In this document: piece after piece, positions 51,575 to 63,889 of the stretch | Layout: every line of letters begins with the position of its first letter | Numbering within the stretch: the first letter of the stretch is position 1 | Assembly: GCF_006345805.1 (NCBI RefSeq) | Contig: NC_042998.1 | Location: 50,716,001-50,780,000, forward strand | Length of the DNA: 64,000 bases | Source of the DNA: Octopus sinensis | Taxonomy: Eukaryota | Direction of reading: 5' to 3' | Notes under the pieces: generated by a model | What the model was told of the DNA's origin: nothing | The model's input: only the letters and a program-made list of their open reading frames with translations | Database searches by the model: none | Translations under genes and position numbers: made by a program

Positions 51575-51580
<6 letters not shown>
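51400..51580 (+). mobile_element. Penelope pLTR-like fragment with a decayed minimal hammerhead (51456-51491)
   Basis: CTTT-CTGTCAGA-GAGC-ATAG-GCTC-GAAA-CATA-AAAG: stems I and II and GAAA are intact, the CUGANGA core is altered. Confidence 0.5.
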
Positions 51581-51637
<57 letters not shown>

Positions 51638-51791
51638 TATAAATAATAAAGAAAGGAGAGGGTAAACGTTTTTATTTCTCTTTCCATTTCAGAATTACAA
51701 CTATTAGTGGTTTGGAGTTTAACTGCTCTTTCTAGTGAGTCGGATGTCCTATTATGGCCATCCCTTATATGTTTGCATATATATAAATATA

Positions 51792-51840
<49 letters not shown>

Positions 51841-51952
51841 GTATATATACATATATATATACATATTTATGTATATGTATATATACATATATATACATAT
51901 ATATATATACACACATATATATATATATATACACATATATATACACATATAT

Positions 51953-52340
51953 ACTCTTTTTCTCTTTTACTTGTTTCAGTCATTTGACTGCGGCCATGCT
52001 GGAGCACCACCTTTAATCGAGCAACTCGACCCCGGGACTTATTCTTTTATAAGCCCAGTACTTATTCTATCGGTCTCTTTTGCCGAACCGCTAAGTAACA
52101 GGGACATAAACACACTAGCATCGGTTGTCAAGCAATCCTAGGGGGACAAACACAGACACACACATATATATATACATATATACGATGGGCTTCTTTCAGT
52201 TTCCATCTACCAAATCCACTCACAAGGCTTTGGTCAGCCCGAGGCTATAGCAGAAGACACTTGCCCAAGATGCCACGCAGTGGAACTGAACCCGGAACCA
52301 TGTGGTTGGTAAACAAGCTACTTACCACACAGCCACTCAT
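51953..52340 (-). mobile_element. S2 SINE, well preserved
   Basis: All S2 modules are present. Confidence 0.9.
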
Positions 52341-52347
52341 ATATATG

Positions 52348-52384
<37 letters not shown>

Positions 52385-52385
<1 letters not shown>

Positions 52386-53041
52386 CCAGAAAGTGATAAG
52401 TGCAGAATCTGTGGACAAAACGGTGAAATTGTATGCCATATTACCAGTCAATGTATGCTACTAGCCCAGAAGGAATATAAGATATGCCACAACAATATAG
52501 CCAGGCTTGTCCATTGGACACTTTGCAACAAGTATGGACTTGAGGGAGCAAAAAATTGGTTCAACCACAAACCTAAAGGCATCGTTGAAAATAGAAATGC
52601 AAAGATCCTATGGGATTTTATGATTCAGTGCGACTATGAGATAGAGAATAAGAATCCAGACATAGTCTTAATTGAGAAAGAAAATAAACTATGCTGGATC
52701 ATAGCATGCTCAGCTGAAAACAAGGTATGCGATAAGGAAGAAAGAAAAGTTGATAGATATGACAGGTTAGCTTGGGAAGTTAAGCAGTTGTGGTCAATGA
52801 AAAAGGAAGCAGTAGTACCAATAATTGTCAGGGCCCTGGGAACAGTGAACAAAAATCTTGAGAAGTACATGGAACAAATAGGGGTTGCAATAAGAGTGGA
52901 TCACTTGCAGAAAACAGCACTGCTTGGAACTGCTCAAATATTCCGGAAGGTGCACTTAAAATAAGAGGTGTTACCTTAGTTCACTGGTAATGAACAGCTG
53001 ACACTGTAATACATCTCCAGTTTTAGAAGCTGTGCAAAGGC
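52385..53041 (+). mobile_element. R4/Dong-type 3' fragment
   Basis: CRICGQNGEIVCHITSQC (CCHC knuckle), ILWDF, NPDIVL, VPII..ALG, LQKTALLGT; (TAA)n on both sides. Confidence 0.88.
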
Positions 53042-53057
53042 AATAATAGTAATAATA

Positions 53058-53088
<31 letters not shown>

Positions 53089-53149
53089 TAATAATAGTTT
53101 GCCACCCAATAAATAGTGATGATGATGATGATGATGGCGATGGTGGTGG

Positions 53150-53455
53150 TGGCCCTGGGAATGATAGGAAAAGGGGCTGATTGCTACCTAGCTCAGATAC
53201 CAGGAAACCCCAAAATGGCAGAAATTCAAAAGATAGTGCTCATGGGAACTGCTCATATCCTACGCAAAATACTTTCTATGTAATCTCAAGTTTTAAAACA
53301 AACATGCTTTTCTTATGGTTTCTTAAACATTCTCAAGAACAACACTATGTACAAAACCAAATATATGGCACCCTAGGCATAACATCAACATGACCTTTGA
53401 ACTTGTTGTCTCTTGAGGTCTCTGGGTGAGACTTGGAGCCAACTTGTACAAACAA

Positions 53456-53456
<1 letters not shown>
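53150..53456 (+). mobile_element. R4/Dong-type 3' stub (second subfamily)
   Basis: ALGMIGKGADCYLAQIPGNPKMAEIQKIVLMGTAHILRKILSM*, 3' UTR, then (TAA)n. Confidence 0.82.
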
Positions 53457-53493
<37 letters not shown>

Positions 53494-53757
53494 TGAGAAT
53501 GATCCCTGGCTTACCATCCCTGCAAGAAGTGCAAAAGATTGTCTTAACTGGTACATCACACGTATTGAGAAGAGCATTGTCGATGTGAGAATTATTACTA
53601 CCCATGTATTTTAATTTAACTTAAAAAAAAAAAAAAATGAACTAACTATTGAGTTTGGTTTGATGGCCTACCGGTGTGTACTATGAGTTTCTTTGCCCTA
53701 GGAGTCGGGAAGACACTCGGCAAGAAATGGAAGCAAATTTGAAAGAGGAAAAAAAAA
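53494..53757 (+). mobile_element. R4/Dong-type 3' stub (same subfamily as 39259-40574)
   Basis: RMIPGLPSLQEVQKIVLTGTSHVLRRALSM*; 3' UTR CAAGAAATGGAAGCAAATTTG matches the reverse complement near 39260-39300. Confidence 0.82.
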
Positions 53758-54726
53758 GTAATAATAATAATAATAATAATCCTTTCAAAAATAGGCACAA
53801 TGCCTGAAATTTTGGGGGAGGATGCACTTTATGATAATAGTGATGATGATGATAATAATAATTTCTAACAGACATACAAGGTCACAATTCTTTTTAATCT
53901 TATTTAATTTTTTGTTTTTGGTATTTATTTATATAATAAAGGGTGGCACTTTAGTTTATCAGCCCAAGGAAGCTGAAAGACAAGCCTGACCTCAGCAGGA
54001 GTTGAACACAGAATGCAAAGAACTGGAACAAAAACTGCAAGGCATTTTCTTTTCTGACACTCCAATGTTTCCTACATCAGTGGTGACAAATTTTGGCTTG
54101 GCACAAATTTGGTAGACAGCAGAAATGTATCTAGCCTTTTCACTAGCAGCTGCTTGGAGATTTTTGTCAGTCTATTATATATATATATATATACTTGTTT
54201 TTGAGCACATCACATTTATAGAGATATTATCTTTGGACAAATACTACTGTAAATTTGCCTTTCATGATGTATTCATGTTAAGTACAACACACAGAGAGTT
54301 ATATATTGTATTACCTCTTTTCTCCACTATAAAGAAAAGAAAGTCAATCAATGATATAGTTCCTAAATGTTTTATATGACCATGTAGGTTTATCCCAAGT
54401 TGTGGTGCATTAACAAGCTCCAAATCAGAGTGAAATAAATTTATCTGCATCTACTAGGACAGTAAGAAAAAAACCCCCAAAAAACAATGAATTATATACT
54501 AATATCCACTCGCATAATAAAATAAGTGTATAATAAAATAAAAATAAAATCTCAGCAGTTTTCTCCCCTCAAGGGAAATTTCTCCCCCTTTTCTATTTCT
54601 TAGCAAGCCCTCTTTCTCTCTGCCTCTACTGCTGAAAACAACTGCAGATGGCAGCAGCAACAACAGCAGCGACCAGTCAAACTTAACACGTATGTATTAT
54701 ATATTTTGTTTGTATCTTTGTGTGTG

Positions 54727-56021
54727 TAAGGGGTGTACTGAAAAAGTTCATTGGCTGACTATGAAGGTGTGATGCTAGAGCTGTGAAATATTGTATGATG
54801 CATTAATTTCAACCCTTCTTATGAATAACTGCATTGTTTCTTTCCAGATAAATTAACCTCTGACTTTTCAAAGAAGACTTCAAAAGTAACTAGTAGCAAC
54901 TTCTGTTGAAAATGGACAAATTTCGGCATCATTGCATTATCAAATGCTGATAGAAAATTGGTTTAATCCCCAAGGACATTCATGCTGACATGGTTGCTAC
55001 ATTAGGGGATGATGCCCCAGCTTTATCAAAAGTGCAAAAGTGGGCAATTGAACTTAGGAGAGGAAATGGAGAGTCTTGAAGATGAACTAAGGTCTGGATA
55101 TCCTGCAAATGCCACCACTGAAGAAAACATTGTGTTCACTACATGCTGATGGTTGACAGCTGATTGACAATAAATCAAATGGTCAATGCTATTAGCATAT
55201 GCTGTGATAGAGTTGAGAATATTCTGTACAACGAATTTGGCATGACAACGGTTTCTGCTTGCTGGGTGTCATGTCTTCTGACACTTGATCAAAAGTGTAC
55301 CATACTGATCAAATCATGGGAAAATCTGACATCGTTTGAGTCAGATCCAGCTGGTTCCCTTGAATGCTCCCTAACCCAAGATGAATGTTTGGTTCATCAC
55401 TTTGAGCCAGAGACAGAGAGATGATCCATGCAGTTGAAACACCCTCCTCACCAGCTCCAAAGAAGGCCAAGGTTGTTTCATCTGCAGGGAAGGTGATGGC
55501 TCAGATTTTTGGGATGCAAAAGGCATTGTGTTTAGTGACTATCTTCAAAAGGACCACACCAACAATGGAGAAAACTATGCCAACTTGCTGAGGCGGTTAT
55601 GAAAAGCTATCAAGACCAAATGCCCAGGAAAACTGACAAAAGGGGTCTTGTTTCATCAGGTCAATGCACCAGCACACAGATTCTTGGTTTCAATGGCTAC
55701 TGTATGTGAGTTTGTCTTTGAACTGGTTAAACAGCCTCCCCATTCTCCTGATTTGGTTCCATCTGACTATCATCTGTTCCCCAAAATAAAAAAACATTTG
55801 GCTGGGAATCAATATTGCAGTAATGATGATGTCATATCTGCTGCTGGCGACTTTTTTAACCAAGAGGACGAAAGCTTCTTCACCAATGGGATCCAAGCAC
55901 TTCAACACATGGAACAACTGTGCAGACCACAAGATGAACAATGTTGAAAAGCAAATCTCATTTGGTCATATTCCATGAGACTATCTTCATCAGCCTATGA
56001 ACTTTTCACCCAACCTTCACA
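54727..56021 (+). mobile_element. Mariner (DD34D) transposon, near full length, decayed
   Basis: TIRs GGGTGTACTGAAAAAGTTCATTGGCTGA and TCAGCCTATGAACTTTTCACCCAACCTTC, about 1.3 kb. Motifs WVSCLL (WVPHxL), TQDECLVHHFEPET, HQVNAPAH, HSPDLVPSDYHLF, with stops and frameshifts. Confidence 0.9.
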
Positions 56022-57266
56022 TGTATGCATTCACGTCTGTAGGTAATTTTAGCAACATGGTTTTCCATAGAATAAAATGTCCGTCCCATCACAGATATCA
56101 GAGATATTTAAAAGCATGAAAGACAAATTTACTATTTAGTTATCTACATACTCTCTCTCTTAAATGATTTCTTATTCCCAAGATAATTGCTGCCACAATT
56201 CCTATTTATCCGTCTTTTCTTTCACCTCCACATCATTATCTTCATACAGCTTGTATTGAACTTGTGATACGTTATTCACCATTCAGAATTGACTGCAGTG
56301 TTGTTTGGTATTGCATTGTTGGTCATTGATCTTACATTATTTGTAACCATATATTGCTGTTTATCTAGTTGACAGTAGGAGGGATTTGGTAACCAGAGAA
56401 GAGTTTGTAGAATTGCATCATACAAGTTCTTCACTTTGAATTATTATCATGGCTGTTATCATTTATATTACATGCATTTGATCATAATTCGGTTTGGCTA
56501 CGACTGATAGCGTACTAATTGCTCAAAGGCGTTTGTAATAAATTCATTATTTGCGAGTTATTTCATCAATGAATTTACTATTAAACACACATACTTCAGT
56601 GGTGCAAATGAAAGCAAAACAAAATGCGGTTTTTATGATTAGAAAGCCTTTAGTGGAAACAACAATTCCGATGCAACAATATTAAAATCAAGCATCATAA
56701 AACTTATCTTCTAAGTTAACCAAAAATATTTCAGTTTACTAGCCTTTAACACAAGTGCGGCCAATTTAGAAGCAACACCTGATGCTAAAATTGCTACTGG
56801 CTTTCTCTGAGATCAAACGGAGACATCAATATGCAATTAATATTTCAAAGACTGAAGGGATGCAGAATGAAACAGTAGCTTTCTAAAAGCTGAGTGATGG
56901 TTGCTAAACCTAAATATATAAATAAGGTTTGCGTAAATAACTAATTATATATATATGTATTATATGTATGTAGGTATGTATGTATGTGTGTATGCATGCA
57001 TGTATATGCATATATGTATGTATATCTATCTCTCTGTATGTGTGTATATATGTGTGTGTATACATACATACATACATACATACATACATACATACATACA
57101 TACACATACAGTGTAGGCTAAAAGTCATGCACAAATTAGGTTCAATACACTCCGGAATTGTCAAAGACATGCTTCAATTTTTCTAAAATTGAGTAGAAAC
57201 GAATAAAATAATGAAGAATACGTATGTATTTGTACATGATGAACAAAATAAATAATAATAATGATG

Positions 57267-57297
<31 letters not shown>

Positions 57298-57452
57298 TAG
57301 TTACAGGAGAAGGCACTACTTGAAACCTTTGGTGATTTGTTGTTGCTTGCTATTTGAGAGTCTTTCACAACAGCAACAACAATAACAACAACAATAATAA
57401 TGATGATGATGATGATGATGATGATAATAAAAGTAGTAGTAGTAATAATAAT

Positions 57453-58345
57453 AAAGCCTGAAGCCTCTGTATAGACAGTTTATACTTTGAAGCTTAAATG
57501 CTGATGTAGACCAAGCAACAACCCATCAGTGGCTGAGAAGCTTAGGACTGAAAGAAGAGACTGAAGGTTTCATATTAGTGGCACAAGATCAAAGCTTGCT
57601 TACCAAAAACTACCAGGCTAATGTTCTTCAAAATAATTCTGACCTTAAATGCAGATTCTGCGACATATTTGATTGAAACAATAGATCAGCTCGTCTCGGG
57701 ATGTCCTGTGTTGACACCAAACAAATACAAAAATTGCTACGATAGGATAGAACAGTATTTACATTGGAAAATTTGTAAATGCTACAAAATCAGCTCTCCT
57801 GCTTACTGGTATGAACATAATCCTGAACCAGTCGATGAAGGTAAAAATGACACTATCCTCTGGGATTTTCCAGTCAACACTGACAAAATGATCCATGCTA
57901 ATCAACCAGACATAGTCATTAAAGATAAGGAAGAAAATACTTGTAGACTAACAGATGTAAGTGTTAAAAATACTGATAAAAATATATCTTTAAAGAAATT
58001 TGACAAATTAGGTGAATATAAATACAAAAGATGTGGCATCTTAGAGCCAGAACTGTTCCTGTTATTGTGGGTACTCTAGGTAGATAAGAAAGGGTAGTCA
58101 GAAACATCTAGATAATATCCCAGGAGAACTATGTCTCAGAGAAATCCAAAAGATTGTGCTATCAATTACTGCCCACATCTTTAGAAAAACCCTACCAATT
58201 TAAATATCTGTGTTGCATTACATGAAAATATTTCACTATTGCCCCTACTACTTCCCTTCCCCAAGCTTTCAGTCATACTGTAACCTCTCTTATCCTTTGG
58301 GTATGTCTCAGCAAGTGATTGTAAGAAACATGCCAATTAAAAGTA
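57453..58345 (+). mobile_element. R4/Dong-type 3' fragment
   Basis: THQWL..ETEGFILVAQDQ, CRFC..ETIDQLVSGC, ILWDFPV, QPDIVIKD, EIQKIVL; followed by (TAA)n at 58346-58412. Confidence 0.88.
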
Positions 58346-58414
<69 letters not shown>

Positions 58415-59449
58415 CCTTTAATATCTACAACTATTGTGTGAATATTTATCCTTTTCTCTCTCCCTGAGTATTTGAAAATGTAAACATCATCCTCCTTTTT
58501 CTTCTAAGAACACTACCATTTCTCTCTGTGCAGTCATACCAAAGACTATATTTAGTAAATCTCAAAACTTTACTATCTACAACTTGTTTTCTTTTCTTTT
58601 TGACTCTCCCTGAGTATGGGAAAATGTAAACATCCTTTACATTGCAAAAGTCCTACTGTATTCTCCAACTGGACAGACAAATGAACATCAAAAAAACTTT
58701 AAACTATTACCCAAATACATAAATACACCTTTTATTGTAACAATACAATTGAATTCAGAAATTTAAAAACTCAATGATGTGAATATCAGTATATATATGT
58801 GTGTGTGTGTATATATATATACATGTGTGTGTATATATACATGTGTGTGTGTGTGTGTATGTATATATATATTGTTGTTTTTACTACCAGTAATTTCAAA
58901 TAGAACACGCTGAAATTCTTCTTTTCAAGGCAGCACTCTCAGTGGCCACTAGTAGTAGTATACACATTTGACCCCTGCTGACCCAAAGGGTGCGAAGATT
59001 CTTTTGTTTCTATGGCTGATTTCCCCACCATCTGCCGAATCTATTTATAGACCTGTAGAACATGAGTTATTCACCAAACTGCTACCCAGCTATTTCCTCC
59101 TCCAACAATGGTAGAGGTGGTGATGGTGATAATCATAAAAAATAAAAATAATATACTGCAGCTGCTAATATTAAATACTACTAATACTACAACTACTACT
59201 ATTATGATAGCACAGGAATATGAGGCCCAACTACCACCCTTACCACTACCCTCACACCTGCTACTGCTGCTATTGCTGCAACCACTGCTGCTACTACACA
59301 AAAACAATAATATCAGTGATGAAAATAATAATAATGAAAGGAAACAGGTGAAGCCTCCTCCTCATGGGCTGATTAATGATACATCTAGTGATGGTGTCAC
59401 AATAAAAACACTCGTAATTGCACAACCTGATAATCACTACCTCATATGA

Positions 59450-60262
59450 GTGACAATGAAAAAACAAAATATTGTGAATAACGGTGGTAATGAAAATGAA
59501 GCCATTGATGGTGACAGTGTTGCGCCCGGCAGGCTCAGAGGTTCTAGTCCGGATCCAGCCTGTCGATATGCAGAAAGGGACCACCACACATGGCGTAGGT
59601 GGAGCAAGCAAATTACTGCTGTGGTCATGGAGTGTTACTACCTGAGTAACCTGGTAGATGAAAATGGTGCTCAAATTAGAGGTTACCAACAACATATGTA
59701 TGATCATTGGAGGGAAAAGGGATTATTTTAACTCACAGAACAGAGATTATGTGATCAAGCTAGAGCAATAAGAAAAATTCGTTGGTTCACAGAAGTAGAG
59801 CTTGAAGCTATCAAAAGACATGTCTTGGAAAATAGCAGCAGAGAAAACGATGAAAATATAGTTCTTACTAATAGGAGTAATCTCATAGCACAGGAAAGGA
59901 GCAGTAGTAGTTTACTTGATGAGAGACATATAGATGATCTGTAAGAAGACAATAAAAGTAATGGCGATATGACAGATGAACAAAAAGCAATCTACTCCAG
60001 AATAAAGTCAAGACTACAGGAGAACGATAGTGACATTATTTGCAACATTAAAAAGTTGATCAGTGGAAATTGAGTCAAGAAACAAAAAAATGTCAATGAA
60101 ATTCTGAAATACATCAGAACAAACAACACCACAGAAACAAATAATTTGATCAAGGCAGCAAGTATTGTTGTAGCAGAAAACGTGGGTGTTGGTGTCAAGA
60201 AAAAGAAACATAATGGGAGTGACAAAAGAAAAGATCCACGGTGGAAAAGAAGAATAGAGGCA
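59450..60262 (+). mobile_element. R4/Dong-type N-terminal (5') fragment
   Basis: VVMECYYLS..GY..MY..W.EKGLF.LTEQRLCDQARAIRK..W..ELEAIKR..NNLI.AASIVV..PRWKRRIE is the N-terminal signature of R4-clade ORFs. Confidence 0.75.
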
Positions 60263-60680
60263 GGGTTAGATATGCTCTCGAAGGAAATTAAGTAAAAATT
60301 AAGTAAAAAAACCCAGAAAAATAATCCAAAATCTTTGTCCAGTACCAGATCGATCTCACTGTTAGTCATGGAATGTGTAGGAGGCTGTAGAAAATTTAGT
60401 AACAGTAATAAATAGTTTATCTAATACAAGCCAAAGTTAACAAACTCACCATTCAAAATAGTTTCAAAGGCAGAGGTAATAATAGGTTCTACTCGGGAAA
60501 TTTTATATGAATAGTATGAGAGCTTTTGGTTTTCTCTTCACTTAAATTCCGGCCTTCCTTTAGCATTCCTGTTGTTTTAGATCGATGGATAGATATATGT
60601 ATATATGTAAGTATACTGAAAAGTCTTAATATGTACATATAATACATAATAATCAAAATAAGCAAGAAGAATGACTCTGG

Positions 60681-60773
60681 TAATTTGGTACAATTGCTTC
60701 GCACTACATCATTTTATTAAATGTTGTAAGTATTACAACAGATTTAAGATGTTGAGTACTCATCAGCCAATTA
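60681..60773 (-). ncRNA. Mirror hammerhead copy with GAAA changed to GAAG
   Basis: Reverse complement of the left arm: TAATTGG-CTGATGA-GTAC..GTGC-GAAG-CAATTG-TA-CCAAATTA. Confidence 0.6.
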
Positions 60774-61064
60774 TAGAGGTTTTCCATTAATACAAAAATT
60801 TTCAAATGAAGTGGCAACATTATAGAGAAGGTAGATATACAGACAAAGATGTAGATTTAAATTTTAAGAACATATGAGGTAGTGAAGTCCAACCACTGAC
60901 TGACCAAGCTATGGCTGTACCTAACATAGCTTGGTCAGTCAGTGGTTGGACTTCACTACCTCATATGTTCTTAAAATTTAAATCTACATCTTTGTCTGTA
61001 TATCTACCTTCTCTATAATGTTGCCACTTGATTTGAAAACTTTTGTATTAATGGAAAACCTCTA

Positions 61065-61157
61065 TAATTGGCTGATGAGTACTCAGCATCTTAAATCTGT
61101 TGTAATACTTACAACATTTAATAAAATGATGTAGTGCGAAACAATTGTACCAACTTA
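61065..61157 (+). ncRNA. Type I hammerhead ribozyme, canonical core
   Basis: Stem I TAATTGG/CCAA(C)TTA; CTGATGA 61072-61078; long stem II (GTACT/AGTGC, GCATC/GATGT, TTAAAT/ATTTAA, TGTTGTAA/TTACAACA); GAAA 61138-61141; palindromic stem III ACAATTGT; GUA cleavage triplet ending at 61149. Confidence 0.75.
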
Positions 61158-61524
61158 CTGGAGTCATTCTTGTTGCTTATTTTGATTATAATCACCCCAC
61201 AAATTTTTATGGATAACACCATACAAAATTCTGGTGTATCTAAATTAAGTACCATATTCATTCGAATCTAAATTTTTGGTGAACTTATAATACATAATAT
61301 ATATATTATAAAAATATGTTAATGTTATCTAATTTCTGAACGGTTTTTCTGCCGTTTGTTTATGTAGCTTGATTTTTTAATATATCAGTTTTTTGCTAAG
61401 ATACAGACGCGAGTAAAATTAATAACAGAGTACTGAAAATAAAACTTCAGAAACAGCCTAAAGGGAGATAATTGAGGAAGACTTGAAAGTCAATGTAAGA
61501 TCGTAATCATGTAAAGTAAATATA

Positions 61525-61692
61525 ATAAATAATCCAGAATCCTTGTCCAGTACCAGACTGGTCCTAAAATCTAATCAGTTCATGCCAGTCATGAGGCCAA
61601 ACATGACTGAGAGTTTCATCTGAATCCATCTACGGACAAAAAAACAAACACAACTGAAAACAATACCTCCATCTACGCTAAGGTGGAGGTAA
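61525..61692 (+). mobile_element. Partial Helentron-associated (HINE/DINE-like) element
   Basis: Matches 62005-62194; ends in hairpin ACCTCCATCT..AGGTGGAGGT. Another fragment lies near 60290-60360. Confidence 0.55.
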
Positions 61693-61697
61693 TAATG

Positions 61698-61749
<52 letters not shown>

Positions 61750-61829
61750 TAATAATAATAATAATAATAACAACAACAACAGCAACAACAACAACAACAA
61801 CAATAATAATAACAACAATAATAATAATA

Positions 61830-62194
61830 ACAAGAGCACTTAGAGAACGCAAACTTCCGCCATGGCAACACCAACCCCCTCTCAATGATTAGCCAGAGAT
61901 GATTTTTAAAAAGAGAATATCTGAAATAAACTTGACTGCACTCACAAACGAGAATACGAAAAATTAACCTGACCACTCTCAAAGATAAAGTAAAAAAACA
62001 TGAAAAATAATCCAGAATCCTTGTTCGGTACCAGATCAATCCCAAAATCTAATCAGTTTGTGCCAGTCACGAGGCCAGACATCCCTGAAAGTTTCATCCA
62101 AATCCACCCAGCAGTTTTTGAGATATCTTGTCCACGGACAAACAAACAAATACGACTGAAAACAATACCTCCACCTTCACTAAGGTAGAGGTAA
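61830..62194 (+). mobile_element. Helentron-associated (HINE/DINE-like) non-autonomous element
   Basis: Starts ACAAGAGC with sub-terminal CTTCCGCC, ends in hairpin ACCTCCACCTT-CACT-AAGGTAGAGGT; no TSD, inserted in a TAA tract. Superfamily assignment is inferred. Confidence 0.55.
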
Positions 62195-62204
62195 TGATAA
62201 CATT

Positions 62205-62425
62205 TATGGTTTCAAATTTTGCCACAAGGGCAGTCATTTTTGGGGGAGGGGATAATTCGATTACATCGACCCCAGTGTTTCACTGATACTTAATTTATCG
62301 ACCCCGAAAGGATGAAAGGCAAAGTCAACCTCTTCGGAATTTGATCTCAGAACATTGCAACAGACGAAATACCACTAAGCATTTCGCCCAGCCTGCTAAC
62401 AATTCTGCCAGTTTGCCACCGCCTT
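62205..62425 (-). mobile_element. S1 SINE (tail type b)
   Basis: Head GGCGGTGGCAAACTGGCAGAATTGTTAG, core GCCTTTCATCCTTTCGGGGTCGATAAA. Confidence 0.82.
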
Positions 62426-62429
62426 TAAG

Positions 62430-62491
<62 letters not shown>

Positions 62492-62501
62492 AGTAATAGT
62501 A

Positions 62502-62545
<44 letters not shown>
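62426..62545. repeat. (TAA)n microsatellite
   Basis: Direct inspection; similar tracts near 38925-39015, 40735-40812, 58346-58412 and 61690-61830. Confidence 0.95.
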
Positions 62546-62546
<1 letters not shown>

Positions 62547-63455
62547 TAATGTCAAATGTTCTGGTGTGTGACTTTTGGCCCAGACTATATATGTATGTAT
62601 GTATGTTCCCTCAAATCTTCAGTTATATTTCCTTACACTGAATCAGCAAGAGGGTACTTTGAATGTCAGATAGGAATCGAACCTAATTACTCTGTTTTTG
62701 AAAATACACATTTACCTCCAATGGAAAACAAAAGCATTACTCTCTTAAAACAAACTGATATGAGGCAGCAATATCAGTTAATGATAACCAGTGTTTATAT
62801 CGTTAAGTACATTTCAGTTAATGATTTATTCTGTGTTATCACTGAATTATATAACACAACAAATAAAACAGCATTCGATAACAATAATTGTAATTATTTT
62901 AATGTGAGAGACAGCAGGTTGAAATGATGAGAAACAACACAGCAAATGTGCATATGTGTTTGTGTATGTATGAGTGTATATGCATGTGTGTGTGTGTGCA
63001 TGTGTATATTCATCATTTAATATCATCCAAGCAAATATAATCTGTGGATGAATGACATTACATTATTAACATTATATAATATAATATAATGTGATATAAT
63101 ATAATATAATGCATATTATATGATCAATAGTATACGTTGATAGCTGAGAAATAATATATCATTTTATGGAGTTTAAAGACTACTCAGAAATTATAACAGA
63201 AAAAAAACATGAAAAAAAAAACTAACAACAAAAAAAAAACAAAGAATCTGTTATCAAAATGAATAGAAAAAATACAATAAACATATGTTTTAGCACGAAA
63301 GAGCCAAAGCCATGAAATACACGAATACCATACAACAATGAAAAGGAGTTCAGTGTCAACAGCAAAAAACAATAACAACCGCAAAAAGGAAAAGATTAAT
63401 GGAGTAGTGTTCTTGGATCAAGTGCTCCAAAACAAAGGAAATTATGAGCTGTTAC

Positions 63456-63506
63456 CTGATATGGTATTTGGCACTGTGGCGTGACCTTGTGCACATTCTT
63501 CAAAGC
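63456..63506 (-). CDS. Putative 51-nt exon of an unidentified gene
   Basis: Acceptor CCCTAACCTTTTTCCAG and donor CAG/GTAACA; open in phase 1 (GFEECAQGHATVPNTIS) and phase 0 (ALKNVHKVTPQCQIPYQ). No protein recognised. Confidence 0.4.
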
Positions 63507-63629
63507 CTGGAAAAAGGTTAGGGAATAATATGTAGGATAGAAACAATTCTTGTTTGCCCGCTTCATGTTAATGCCTGTAAGATTCACCCACTCATTCATT
63601 CATTCGTACATACATTCCGTCAGTTTCCT

Positions 63630-63730
63630 TGATGATGATGATGTTGATGATGATGATGATGATGATGTTGATGTTGATAACGACGATGATGATGTCGACG
63701 ACGAAGACGACGACAATGATGATGATGAAC
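63630..63730. repeat. (GAT/GAC)n microsatellite
   Basis: Direct inspection. Confidence 0.9.
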
Positions 63731-63889
63731 AAGGGGTGGTTGGAGTGGTTCATTTTCATATCTTTATTTTTCTTCGGTTTTTAATATTAGGAAAACATCA
63801 AAGTCTCACGTACAGTTTCAAATAGGCTGTATGTATATGCATATCATTGCGTCACTGTATCAACTAAACAATTCGATGCTGTTATATAC

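Larger units (their letters stand above)
60649..61189. repeat. 265-bp-arm near-perfect inverted repeat (fold-back element)
   Basis: Arms 60649-60913 and 60925-61189, 11-nt spacer, no indels, about 9 mismatches counted by eye. Confidence 0.95.

Noticed and set aside
58940-59060. Minus-strand reading DSADGGEISHRNKRIFAPFG with a furin-like site
   Set aside because: Poor acceptor, weak donors, and stops in all frames from the better acceptor.
59071-59449. 113-aa and 78-aa ORFs
   Set aside because: Low-complexity trinucleotide repeats (CTA/CTG/AAT) upstream of the Dong fragment.
61575-62555. Poly-Y/I/N ORFs; also the poly-Asp ORF at 63550-63825
   Set aside because: Translations of (TAA)n and (GAT)n microsatellites.
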